From the NCBI GenBank assembly GCA_032718475.1, contig JAUCBJ010007098.1, positions 1-64,000 on the forward strand: DNA of 64,000 nt, written 5' to 3'. This document shows positions 1 through 11,325 of this stretch, piece by piece. Every line of letters starts with the position of its first letter. Within the stretch, counting starts at the first letter, position 1. This DNA comes from Nemertoderma westbladi (taxonomy: Eukaryota > Animalia > Xenacoelomorpha). The notes under the pieces were generated by a model that had not been told where the DNA came from, did not search any database, and worked only from the letters and a program-made list of their open reading frames with translations. The translations under genes were made by a program, and so were the position numbers.

Positions 1-2
1 GC

Positions 3-2120
3 ATGTAATCCTTCAGACCTAACAGGTTGACACAATGTTACAGGGGGTATTGGTAGGCCCTTTTGTATATTGACTAATTTGTCGCGTTCTAGCGCGATAC
101 TTTGCTGCACTTCTTGCAACTCTGCTCTACCTTCCCTCACTGTTCCCTTAAGTTGGTGGACAGTCTCCTGCATCTGTCCCAGCAGGAGATTCATCCCACG
201 CCGTCCCTCTTCCACCCACTCAACCGCCGAAGCGGGAGTCGCCAACATAGTAGCGGGCTGACGCGGGACGACGGGAGACAAATTTTTAATTTCTCTCTCT
301 GCTATCTGGACGGGGATATTCTCTTGGACTGTTCCACCGGGTACAGGCAGTGTAGTACTATGTAAAGGGAATTTAGAGTTAAGCTCTGGAAGTACAGGGG
401 TCTCTAACACAGAAGTGACTTTGGGAACGACAGGCCTAATTATCTCAGGCTCATCAACTATTGTAGAGAGTCTTTGGACCTTAATACTTTGGGCTGTAGG
501 TTCTATACTACTCAAGTCTGTGCTAGCTAGCTGTCTTCTAACAGCTGGGGGCAAATCAGGCAATTTGCGACGGTAAGAGGTTTTTCTACGCCTACTTAGA
601 TGAGATCTATTTCCCCCGCCTTCAGGATCGGTAGTATCGCCTTCCTCCGAGGATGTGTATCCCTGGCGCTTGGGAGTAGATTTTCTCATCATCTGCATTT
701 GATTAGCAGTAAACTGTTTATTTATACTGTCTTGCGTCTCTTGCAGATTTTCCAACTCCAGTTGGATAGTCTCCTCAGAAGCTCTCCGTTCTGCTTCTGC
801 CACTGCTGCTTTTCTTTCGGCTTCTGCCTTTGCTTCTGCTTCTGCTTCTGCCGCCTTTCTTTCGGCTTCTGCTTTTGCTTCTGCCGACTTTCTTTCGGCT
901 TCTGCTTTTGCCGCCTCTGCTGCTGCCACCTTTCTTTTCTCTATCCATTCTTTCTTTACTTGTTCTTCTCGGACTCTAGTGAGGCGGAGTTTTTCATCAC
1001 ATTCAGCTTGGTTTGCAGCTAACATTTCGGCATCGATTGAGTCCAACACAAGCTTAGTTCCTTCACTATTAGGGGAAAGTCCAGACAGCCGTCTCCTCAA
1101 CTCTTCGTCTCCTAGGAATCGCTGATAGTCGGACAAATAAATGTCGATAGCGTCTCTAGTTCGCGGTTCCTCGGCGGCCTCTTCGCTTTTCGCTTGAGAA
1201 AGGGTGACATCAGTTGGTTCGGTGACATCAGTTGGTTCTTCATAGGTTGATCTCTCAGCCAGCTGGGATTTCCACTGGGCCGTTTCCTGGACTTTGAGAT
1301 CTACCCGATGTAACCAAGTTTTGACAGCAACCTGCAGCGACGTGTCTTGTCTTCTTTTGGAAGTTTCCTCAAAGGCTGAGAGGATTAGTCGTATGCGTAG
1401 GGTTCTTTCGCGTATTTGATATAGTAACTCTTCCTGCTCTTGAGGTCCTTGAGGTTGTCGAAACAGTTGTTCTTCCAATCGGTCCAAGGAGCCGAAGAAT
1501 CCCTGCACATATCCTGATGCCGACCTCTTCCAAACAGCTGGATCCATTGTATCTTGTGCCACTCCCATCCTGTGTATATCTTCCCAAGTAGCCTCGGACA
1601 GGTCCAACGGGAGTCCGAGTCCGGGAAAGTTCCATTGTGATTCAACAATAGATATCAATTCTTCCCTGGCGTATCCCGCGTAATTATCTTGGGTCGCTCG
1701 CTTATTCTTCGCCCAGTCGGCTTGATGTTCCTCCACCGCAATGAATATAGTAGTTAGCACTGCAGCAGGAAGAGTAAGAAGGGGGTCCGAGTAGACTGTA
1801 TCAGCCATCTGCACTCCATGTTCGGGAGTCAGCTCTACAGTATCCGAACTGCTGGAGCTATCGGGTCGCTGGGAAGTAGGTTCTTGACCAAGATGTTGCT
1901 GCGATAGGACAACTGCCTCTTGGTCCCGTTTTACCTGTGCCCGAGTGCCTATGATGGACCTATGGTGGACTAGCCTAGGGTCTGATACTACTGGAGGGAT
2001 GACCTTTTTTACAGTAGGAGGTGAGCCGAACTCCTTTCTTATTCGCTCCACACTCCTATCTGAATCACAAATAGTTGTATCGATCAGACTGTCTGACAGG
2101 TTTTGCTGAGTGTCAGACAT
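3..2120 (-). CDS. Long ORF (>=706 aa, 3' end beyond window), probable ORF1/gag-like protein of a retroelement
   Basis: Manual translation from ATG at 2120 (MSDTQQNLSDSLIDTTIC...) has no stop to the window edge, which is why the ORF track lacks it. It contains a coiled-coil AEAERKAAEA repeat (~790-930) and a duplicated EPTDVT. No catalytic domain is visible, so the retroelement identity is inference from the intronless ORF and long repeat-containing leader. Confidence 0.6.
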   Translation of the reverse strand, partial: MSDTQQNLSDSLIDTTICDSDRSVERIRKEFGSPPTVKKVIPPVVSDPRLVHHRSIIGTRAQVKRDQEAVVLSQQHLGQEPTSQRPDSSSSSDTVELTPEHGVQMADTVYSDPLLTLPAAVLTTIFIAVEEHQADWAKNKRATQDNYAGYAREELISIVESQWNFPGLGLPLDLSEATWEDIHRMGVAQDTMDPAVWKRSASGYVQGFFGSLDRLEEQLFRQPQGPQEQEELLYQIRERTLRIRLILSAFEETSKRRQDTSLQVAVKTWLHRVDLKVQETAQWKSQLAERSTYEEPTDVTEPTDVTLSQAKSEEAAEEPRTRDAIDIYLSDYQRFLGDEELRRRLSGLSPNSEGTKLVLDSIDAEMLAANQAECDEKLRLTRVREEQVKKEWIEKRKVAAAEAAKAEAERKSAEAKAEAERKAAEAEAEAKAEAERKAAVAEAERRASEETIQLELENLQETQDSINKQFTANQMQMMRKSTPKRQGYTSSEEGDTTDPEGGGNRSHLSRRRKTSYRRKLPDLPPAVRRQLASTDLSSIEPTAQSIKVQRLSTIVDEPEIIRPVVPKVTSVLETPVLPELNSKFPLHSTTLPVPGGTVQENIPVQIAEREIKNLSPVVPRQPATMLATPASAVEWVEEGRRGMNLLLGQMQETVHQLKGTVREGRAELQEVQQSIALERDKLVNIQKGLPIPPVTLCQPVRSEGLH

Positions 2121-3482
2121 GTTTAGTTATACAGTTGAATGTCTACTACTATAGTTTCAGTTAAAGCAAGTCTAGTAATTCAGTATGACCGCAAGCCTAG
2201 CGATTTATTACCGGTACCGTTACTCGGTGTAACGTGATATATACACAATATATTAGAATACCGGTATGCTTATAATATATAAGTATTATTACAGACTAGA
2301 TTTGTCACAGAGTACCGGTATATAATTTTAGCACAAATATATATATATATATAGTAGGCCTATAATGAATACCGGTATACAGCTTACACTTACAGCATGT
2401 AAGTATAATTATGAACTAGAATTAATTACAGAGTACCGGTATGATTTCAGCTCAAATTTATAGAGATAAATATAATAAGCCTATAGTGAGTACCGGTATG
2501 TCAATTATTTTAGAATAATTGAATCTCTGAATATTTTAGGGCTACTTGGTTACTTTAACTTACTTTATTACCGTTATTTAAGCAGTAGTCCAACTGATAG
2601 TGAGACCTAGTTGTCGTATGGCAGGCCTACTATTTATAAATCGTTTGAGTTGATTTATAATATATTATATACCCGTTTAAAATGGGTTGTGTCAATATTT
2701 GAAATAAATGTTATTATTTCTGGGGGTCCCTACACAGAAGCTGTGCGCTCTCAGTGAAGTGCTATTTATTGGACACTAAAACTGATAATTCTAATTTACC
2801 TAAGTTACTTAATACTACAAATTACTTACGATACGGGTGAGATTAATTCTCTAATTAAACACAACAAAATATTACGTACGAAACTTTTTAGGGTAATTTT
2901 ACAGGAAGTCTACAAACCAGCCTAACAAAGGGTTAGAATTCTGGTTATTACAACGGACAGGGTACTACGGTATTTGAAATAATAAGTAGTAAATATATTG
3001 TACTGTCCAGATAGGAAAATACCACCGCCTGACGACCTATAACCGTATCGCTATAGGTACTACGTTATGTATCACGGATTGTTCCTACCCAGAAGCTAAT
3101 AGAGCTAACGAATGTGCCTATCAACCACTTTACAACACAAATATACTGCCTACACTAATTACTTCGGAAAGCACTGTACACTAAACCCTAAATTAGGTAC
3201 AAGTACCGGTATAACAAATAATCAGTAGTTAAATATACTTGAACAGTTAAAAGAACCACGGCATCTGCTGGAGTGACCGAAGCACAAAATCTCCAGTCTT
3301 TACCTACGCCGAGCAGCCCTGATGTAGTACCGGGGTTAATTTAACTATAACGGTATGTATAACAAGCACAATTACTGTAGGAATAAACTTGGGGACATGA
3401 ATGTTGCGAATAATCGCATAAACTCTGAATAATAAATATTACGCTACCCGTACAGAATACTCAAACAAATACAAACCAAACG

Positions 3483-4005
3483 CTGGCAGACTACTATCAA
3501 GCCTAAACAAACTACAGTATGTGCAGATTCTGAAACTGTTAGTTAGTATGCGTTCTAACACGGTAGTACGACTTACTCTTTAAGAGGGGATTGACCTTAC
3601 CGCTTATGGCTGCCCCAACTTACTAACGGCACTTTATCAGACCAACTCTACACACGCAGCAATCCCTTCAGACCTAAAAATAGCTAGACAACAATCCAGC
3701 CTACAAATATTTGAGTAATAACTATTACGGTACCTGAACAGACCACACAAACAAACACAGGCTAAAACACTGGCAGACTACGATCAAGCCTAAATAAACT
3801 ACAGTATATGCAGACTCTGAAACTGTTAGTTAGTATGCGTTCTAACACGGTAGTACGACTTATTCTTTAAGAGGGGATTGACCTTACCGCATATGGCTGC
3901 CCCAACTTACTAACGGCACTTTATCAGACAAACTCTACACACGCCGTAATCTCTCCAAACTCAACAACAGTCAGACAGCAGCTCAGCCTACAATTATCTG
4001 AACAA
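3483..4005. repeat. Tandem duplication, period 287 bp, with a highly conserved ~175-bp core
   Basis: ctggcagactac...ctctacacacgc occurs at 3483 and 3770 with few substitutions; the remainder of each unit is clearly more diverged. Confidence 0.9.
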
Positions 4006-4702
4006 TCTGAGCAGGGTCACACGCCTTCTGCTCAATATTAGCCTACTAGGAAATAAAACCGACAGAAATAGACCTAAGTAAAATCCCAATAAAAACCAGG
4101 CGTCCCCGATTTAATATCGAGACCTACCGGTATACAATAATCAAAATCGAATAATACTAAATGTACTTGTACAGCAGTACCGGTACCGGTGATGACAGTT
4201 AGGCCTACTGACCTACAGAAGCACCGGTTCAGTTTTACCAGTCACTACGGTATTTTGCAACCTTATTGCCTACTGCAATAAGATTATAAACTGTTACTGT
4301 TCGCGCTTTTGAAGACCTTTAGCAGTTTAACCCGCCAAAATTTATATGTCTTTTAGTTAATTAAAACACCTTTAGCATACGACAATATTTTATGCTAATA
4401 CGCAAAACATTAGCCGAAGGCAGCCCATGCGCGATCATTCACCCGATGGATCTACACCCGGGAGGCTGAATTCGGTTGCTTAAATTGTATTATTGCAGTG
4501 TAAGGTTGCAGTGTATACCTACTGTATTATTCGATAGATCGTTAATAATTAATCTCTGACAGATATTATTGGCTTTCGGGAAATATTAACAGTTCCTTTA
4601 GGACGTGGCGCTTTATCTATTTAAACAGAACTAAGACTTATACTAAAACGCAACGATACCGCTTATGATTAAAGTATAAAGCGTATTCTTTAGGAAATAC
4701 TT

Positions 4703-5466
4703 TGTTACCAATCACAATCATACACACTATTCTGCCGACCGTCAGTATATTTGATCACACATAAAGAGAGCAGCAATTGACTCACGTAGGGTCTGCTAAA
4801 TAACATTGGATTCAATACACACCACATTAATATAAATCGCAATTGTTATGTATAGCCGGTCTCTCTAACCTGTAGTGTATCAAGAAAATTGGGAATTTGG
4901 GTGATTTATCCGTATTATCCAAAGAGCAATATTTCCATCAACAAATAGGTACAATTAATAACTGACAGTAAATAACAGTACAAACAATATGATTAATAGG
5001 TAGGTTGATTGATTAGATTGATCGGTAGGTTAGGTAACAGTTTATACTTTCGATAATTTAAGCAGTTTTACTAGAGTTCTTCCCAAAAAGCCGGTGTTAT
5101 GGCGAAAATGGGAACATAACAACAGAATCATATAAAATCATATGACTACTACCACTATACGAGTATACCAAAAACTCTTATTCCACGAAGCCCCGTTCAA
5201 CACAGAGGATGAGCATGAGATAGGAAATTCAGTTCAGTAGCGCTGGGATAGGTCGAAATCAACGCCTACGCAAATTCTATTGGCCGACACGGACAGCAGG
5301 GCTATAGGCTACCTCCCTAAACTAGTTGGCCGATTAAACTGAGCCCAGATATCTCCGTACAGCACATCAGCCAATAAGCTGGTAGCTTGCACTATTTTAG
5401 TTATAAATCCCTTTGAGAGTATTCTAGCGACCGGGGGGGAACTGGCCAGCAAAGGCAAACGTATCA
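4703..5466 (-). mobile_element. Possible 5' LTR/promoter of the element carrying the 3-2120 ORF
   Basis: Imperfect inverted termini TGATAC...GTAACA on the minus strand, TATAAA (minus, ~5041) and CCAAT-like boxes (~5279, ~5372). No canonical TGG primer-binding site follows and the second LTR is not in the window. Confidence 0.3.
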
Positions 5467-5500
5467 GTTATCCCACAAAAGCTTTTACAATGGTCATCAT

Positions 5501-7544
5501 CAAGTGCTCAAAATTTCGGTAGGTGCTAAAATGTACAACGAGCAACAATGACCAACAACGAGCAACAATGAGCAACAACAAGCAACAACGAGCACCAACT
5601 AGCAACAATGAGCACCAATGAGCAACAACGAGCAACAATGAGCAACAACGAGCAATAATAAAGTACAACAATGAGCAACAACGAGCAACAATGAGCAACA
5701 ACGAGCAACACTGAGCAACAACGAGCAACAATGAGCAACAATGAGCAAAAACGAGCAACAACGACCAATAATAAAGTACAACAATGAGCAACAACGAACA
5801 ACAATGAGCAACAACGAGCAACAATGAGCAACAACGAGCAACAGTGAGCAACAATGAGCAACAACGAGCAATAATAAAGTACAACAACGAGCAACAATGA
5901 GCAACAACGAACAACAATGAGCAACAATGGGCAATATTATATTATATTATATTATAATAATATTATATAACATATTATTATTATACAATCATATTATTTA
6001 GTTACGTTAATTTTTAAGAAGATATTTTAGGGCGTGTTTATTACGTTGTTGTTCGTTGTTGCTCATTGTTGCTCATTATAGCTCATTGTTGTTCGTTGTT
6101 GCTCGTTGTTGCTCATTGTTGCTCGGTTGCTTATTTTTGCTCGTTGTTGTACGTTGTTGCTCAATATTGTTCGTTGTTGCTCATTGTTGCTCATTCTTGC
6201 TCATTGTTGCTCATAGTCTGATAGTTGCTCATTGATGCTCGTTGTTGCTCATTTTTACTCATTTTTACTCGCTGTTGTACATTATTATTGCTCGTTGTTG
6301 CTCATAGTCTGATACAGTAGTTGCTCATTGTTGCTCGTTGTTGCTCATTGTTGTTCGTTGTTGCTCATTGTTGCTCGTTGTTGTACTTTATTATTGGTCG
6401 TTGTTGCTTATTGTTGTTCGTTGTTGCTCATTGTTGTTCGCTGTTGCTCATTGTTGCTCATTGTTGCTCGTGGTTGCTCGTTGTTGCTCATTGTTGCTCA
6501 TTGTTGTTCAATGTTGTTCGTTGTTGCCTGTTGTTGCTCATTGTTGTTCGTTGTTGCTCGTTGTTGTACTTTATTATTGCTCGTTTGTTGCTCGTTGTTG
6601 CTCATTGTTGCTCACTGTTGCTCGTTGTTGCTCATTGTTGCTCACTGTTGGTCATTGTTACTCGTTGTTGCACTTTATTATTGCTCGTTGTTTCTCGTTG
6701 TTGTTCATTGTTGCTCATTGTTGCTCGTTGTTGCTCATTGTTGCTCATTGTTGCTCGTGGTTGCTCGTTGTTGCTCATTGTTGCTCATTGTTGTTCAATG
6801 TTGCTCGTTGTTGCTCATTGTTGTTCGTTGTTGCTCGTTGTTGTACTTTATTATTGCTCGTTTGTTGCTCGTTGTTGCTCATTGTTGCTCACTGTTGCTC
6901 GTTGTTGCTCATTGTTGCTCATTGTTGGTCATTGTTACTCGTTGTTGCACTTTATTATTGTTCGTTGTTTCTCGTTGTTGTTCATTGTGGCTCATTGTTG
7001 CTCGTTGTTGCTCATTGTTGCTCAGTTGTTCGCTCGTTGTTGCTCATTGCTGTTCGTTGTTGCTCGTTGTTGTACTTTATTATTGCTCGTTTGTTGCTCG
7101 TTGTTGCTCATTGTTGCTCACTGTTGCTCGTTGTTGCTCATTGTTGCTCATTGTTGGTCATTGTTACTCGTTGTTGCACTTTATTATTTCTCGTTGTTTC
7201 TCGTTGTTGTTCATTGTTGCTCATTGTTGGTCGTTGTTGCTCATTGTTGCTCGTTGTTGCTCATTGCTGCTCACTGTTGCTCGTTGTTGCTCATTGTTGG
7301 TCGTTGTTGCTCATTGTTGCTCGTTGTTGCTCATTGCTGCTCACTGTTGCTCGTTGTTGCTCATTGTTGCTCGTTGTTGCTCATTGTTGGTCATTGTTAC
7401 TCGTTGTTGCACTTTATTATTGCTCGTTGTTTCTCGTTGTTGTTCATTGTTGCTCATTGTTGGTCGTTGTTGCTCATTGTTGCTCGTTGTTGGTCATTGT
7501 TGCTCGTTGTGCATTTTAGTACCTACCCAAAATTTCACCATTTG
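5501..7544. mobile_element. Foldback-type element with inverted arms built of 10-bp tandem repeats (GAGCAACAAY / RTTGTTGCTC)
   Basis: Left end caagtgctcaaaatttcggtaggtgctaaaatgtacaac is the near reverse complement of right end gttgtgcattttagtacctacccaaaatttcaccatttg. Decamer arrays lie at ~5535-5935 and inverted at ~6045-7510, with an AT-rich spacer between. No TSD was seen. Confidence 0.8.
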
Positions 7545-7779
7545 TGCAGAATGGTATACTAAAAAGCTAAACGGACCCTTTGACCAGAATTTAGATAAAA
7601 AATGCTCATTATTTAAAATACGAATTTTGTGGGATAGGTCTAAAAGAGGACAATTATTATTATTATTTGAATTCATCGGGCCAAGGCCCATTGTACTCAC
7701 ACCTATTTAATGGCACACATAATAATATTAAGTAAGTTCACACATTAGATCAATCAGGAGAAAATATTAATTCTAGAAC

Positions 7780-9705
7780 AGCACGAAAGTTATTCATTCT
7801 GTTGGCAACAAAAAACGCATTAGCATCTTCCGTTCTAGAATAATTGAAAGGTAAACGAAACGCGGTATTTATATGCCACTTTGAGTTGCCTTAGGCACTC
7901 AATACGGAAAATAACCCAAAGAGGGCAGCAATATAAATTATAACAAAAAGATTTAAAGAGGAGCACCTTAATAGGAAGAGAACACTTAGACAAATTTCTG
8001 GCAAAGAAGATTACCACGGCAATATAAGGAAGATTTAACACGATTAATATCACTCTCATCTGAGAGATCACATCTAATAATATGACCTAAATACGATACA
8101 TTTGACACACAATTTAAGATCTTACCGTTCAAGTACACATCTGCTGCACGCCTAAGTTTATATGGCAAAAAATAAACACAATATGATTTCAAAGGATTAA
8201 ATATAATATCAAATGCAACTCCATATTCTTCACAGACCGAGTTATACTTGGAGAGGAGAAATAAGAGATATATCATCCGCATAAAATAAATGATTTATCT
8301 TTTTACCTGAAGTTGAAACCCGGCAACCCACTGCACAACTATTTAATCTTTGGCTTAGGCCATTGACATAAATATCAAATAATAACGGCGAGGACCAAAC
8401 CAAATGGCCTTTTTGAATTAATGAAGTCATGAGCCATTTTCTCCGCTTTGAGAACGCTAGCCGCACGCTTACAATTTCTCAGAGCCAGTTTGAATTGCGC
8501 CGAAGTTTTACGTTTTACCTCCCAAATTATCCCAGATTTATGTCTACCCTCATCCCGCCATACCCGATAGGCCTCCAACGACGCAATATGTTTCTCTTTT
8601 ACAAATTCATTCCAGCCAGGTACTCATTCCAGCCAGGAACTCATTCCAGCCAGGTACTCATTCCAGCCAGGTACTTATTCCAGCCAAGTACTCATTCCAG
8701 CCAGGTACTTATTCCAGCCAAGTACTCATTCCAGCCAGGTACTCATTCCAGCCAGGTACTCATTCCAGCCAGGTACTCATTCCAGCCAGGTACTCACTCC
8801 AGCCAGGTACTCATTCCAGCCAGGTACTCATTCCAGCCAGGTACTCATTCCAGCCAGGTACTCATTCCAGCCAGGTACTCATTCCAGCCAGGTACTCATT
8901 CCAGCCAGGTACACATTCCAGCCAGGTACTCATTCCAGCCAGGTACTCATTCCAGCCAGGTACACATTCCAGCCAGGTACTCATTCCATGCAGGTACTCA
9001 TTCCAGCCAGGTACTCATTCCAGCCAGGTACTCATTCCAGCCAGGTACTCATTCCAGCCAGGTACTCATTCCAGCCAGGTACTCATTCCAGCCAGGTACT
9101 CATTCCAGCCAGGTACTCATTCCAGCCAGGTACTCATTCCAGCCAGGTACTCATTCCAGCCAGGTACTCATTCCAGCCAGGTACTCATTCCAGCCAGGTA
9201 CTCATTCCAGCCAGGTACTCATTCCAGCCAGGTACTCATTCCAGCCAGGTACAAGGTTATGTATGACCTGTGCCAGTGCCCTTTGAACGGGGAATGACAA
9301 CAGTATTTGTACAAATTCTTAAAACTTCAATAACTTGATTATACTGTAATAACAATTTAGATCAGACCTATGTTTAGGATTACTACAATGAACATCTGAG
9401 CAAATAATACCATTAAGGTAGGTTAATAATATTGCTTAATTTGGAAGAGACAAGAAACTCGTAACTAAAAATATGAGATTCTTTGGCTTTAGACCAGTTG
9501 GCAGAGTTATTACAACTTCTTACATTATTTGAATAGTGAGATGACTACAACCGGAATATATTGGTACTGTCAATGATTATCACTGGAAAAATCATATAAA
9601 ATTTCAAGTTCGCTTATTTTACTACTAAAATAATCAGAACAAATAACACGATCAAGCCATGAAACAGATCCATGAGCTTGAATAATATAAGAAAAACTGT
9701 CCACA
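7780..9705 (-). mobile_element. Degraded non-LTR retrotransposon (RTE-X/L2-like LINE ORF2: endonuclease end, linker, partial reverse transcriptase)
   Basis: Minus-strand pieces: DSFSYIIQAHGSVSWLDRVICS (APE endonuclease end, ~9635-9700), NWSKA, CSDVHCSNPKH..YY..IP, VPGWNEFVKEKH..AYRVW, SPLLFDIYVNGLS..INHLFYADDISLISP (RT YADD, ~8270-8290), FNPLKS, YLGHII, KVLLFKSFCYNLYCCPLW. Frameshifts and an internal deletion near 8400. Confidence 0.9.
8608..9252. repeat. 17-bp tandem repeat (CATTCCAGCCAGGTACT), ~38 copies, inside the LINE
   Basis: Directly visible, near-perfect array. Confidence 0.97.
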
Positions 9706-10039
9706 AAAAATTAATTTTAACATGACAAAATTAAATGTCAAAATTAATTCCGAAACAAATTCGAATTTTTCATTTAATAGTTATTCCATGGGGCCGGCGA
9801 TTATCAAAATCAATCAGCGAAACACTTGAAACCATGAATTTTCGCCATAAGACAACCAATCCTCCGCGAGGACGGACGATTAACGGGCCTGCAGCTAACT
9901 CTACAGTGGCAACACCGTTCCCATAGAAATCAGGATGTAAGGCTTTTAATAAAGATAAGTTTTGCTTGGTTAACCACGTCTCCTGTAAAAAAAACTACAT
10001 CGTGTTGTCCACAAATATTACGAATTATTTCAATTCTAT

Positions 10040-10175
10040 TATTAATACCGAAAGTTATCCGAATATTACCGAATAATACCGAATATTATCTAAAATTACC
10101 GAAAGCTAACGAAAGCTACCGAAAGTTCTATGCGAAAGCTATCGAAAAGATTAAAGCAGCCGGGCGAAAGCTATC
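10040..10175. repeat. Degenerate 10-bp repeat (CCGAAAGCTA/CCGAATATTA)
   Basis: About 10 imperfect units with 10-bp spacing. Confidence 0.65.
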
Positions 10176-11325
10176 CATTTATTGATAGGGCTGTACGGGG
10201 CACATTTCGCACTTTCAGCGTCCGATATCATTCATAAATAAAAAAATATGGGCAGATGGGCTCTAATTCAAATAATTGCCCTTTAATTCAAAATAAAACT
10301 TCGCGAAATATACATTCTCTGATACAGTACAGGCACTAAGCAGCTAAGGGTTGTTGTACTAAAAGTCTGACAGTGCTACGCTAGGTTATTGCAGTTGCAG
10401 TAGGCCCTACTATTTGAAATATATTAACCTGTTGTTAACGGTAACTATTTAAAAGGTAGGTTACAGTATATGTACTAAACAGCTAAAGTTCTGAAGTTAG
10501 TTTAGTAGTTCTGTAGTTAGATAGACCTAATTTATTTATTATCATCATTCTGTCTTACTGTCTTATGTCATTTACAACACAGCATGTTAAACACAGCACT
10601 GCAGCACGTTCCTCATTCTGTCATTGTGCCCATGTTTCCATTTTCAAATATTCCTGTCAGCCTGTTGGCCGGTTCAACACAACTACAGCTGCACAGTGCA
10701 CATAGTGCTGTAGTGTAGTAGGCCTACAGCAATTATACTGCTGTACTGGCTGACTGAAGTGCTGAAGTGGTACCAGACTGCCAGACGGAGACGGCCAACC
10801 AGCCAACGGCAGACCCTATTGAAAAGTTTTGCATGTACGCCGAATACGTACGGCGCAGCATTTCAAATAGGCCTATGTTGGGAGCATATTTATAATTTCG
10901 GGATTTATAATTTCTTAAATTTTATTACGTTACATGTCAGCATGCTGGCATGTGTTGTGAAAGAGCATCGCTGTAGAAATGTTTGTTTTGAACGTAATTT
11001 CAAATTCCAAAATCCATCACAAATAGAAAAAGTTAATTGCTATACCATACAGCCATATTGCTGTATTGTCTGCAAGGCGAACTCCAAAACGGAACTAAAT
11101 ATCCAATATTGTATACTATTGTCATTGTGTACTGTATCTACAGTTACATACGACATAGGCCTACTAAATATTCAAAAACTTTCAACTATTTGATTTCGAC
11201 TGTTTGAGTTACCGGTAGGTAGGTAGGCTGGTAGGCCTAAGTATCACGCTGTCACGAGTTGAAGAGTAGGCCTACAATATTTGGAAGCGCAGTAACTATA
11301 CAAATACTTCAGTTTAATTTATTTT

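Noticed and set aside
600-1022. 140-aa Phe/Cys-rich ORF and other short ORFs in 70-1648
   Set aside because: Antisense or off-frame shadows of the long minus-strand ORF.
3029-3062. Hammerhead-like CTGACGA followed by a CCTATA/TATAGG stem
   Set aside because: The required GAAA after stem II and the flanking stems are missing.
4693-4711. TGGTAACAAAG on the minus strand as a primer-binding site
   Set aside because: Not preceded by a CA LTR end and not recognisably complementary to a tRNA 3' end.
5468-7710. Cys/Leu/Val-rich ORFs up to 460 aa in all frames
   Set aside because: Artefacts of a stop-poor 10-bp repeat; open in three frames on each arm.
8429-9286. 285-aa repetitive ORF (PARYSFQPGTHSSQVLI)
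   Set aside because: Translation of the 17-bp array, antisense to the LINE.
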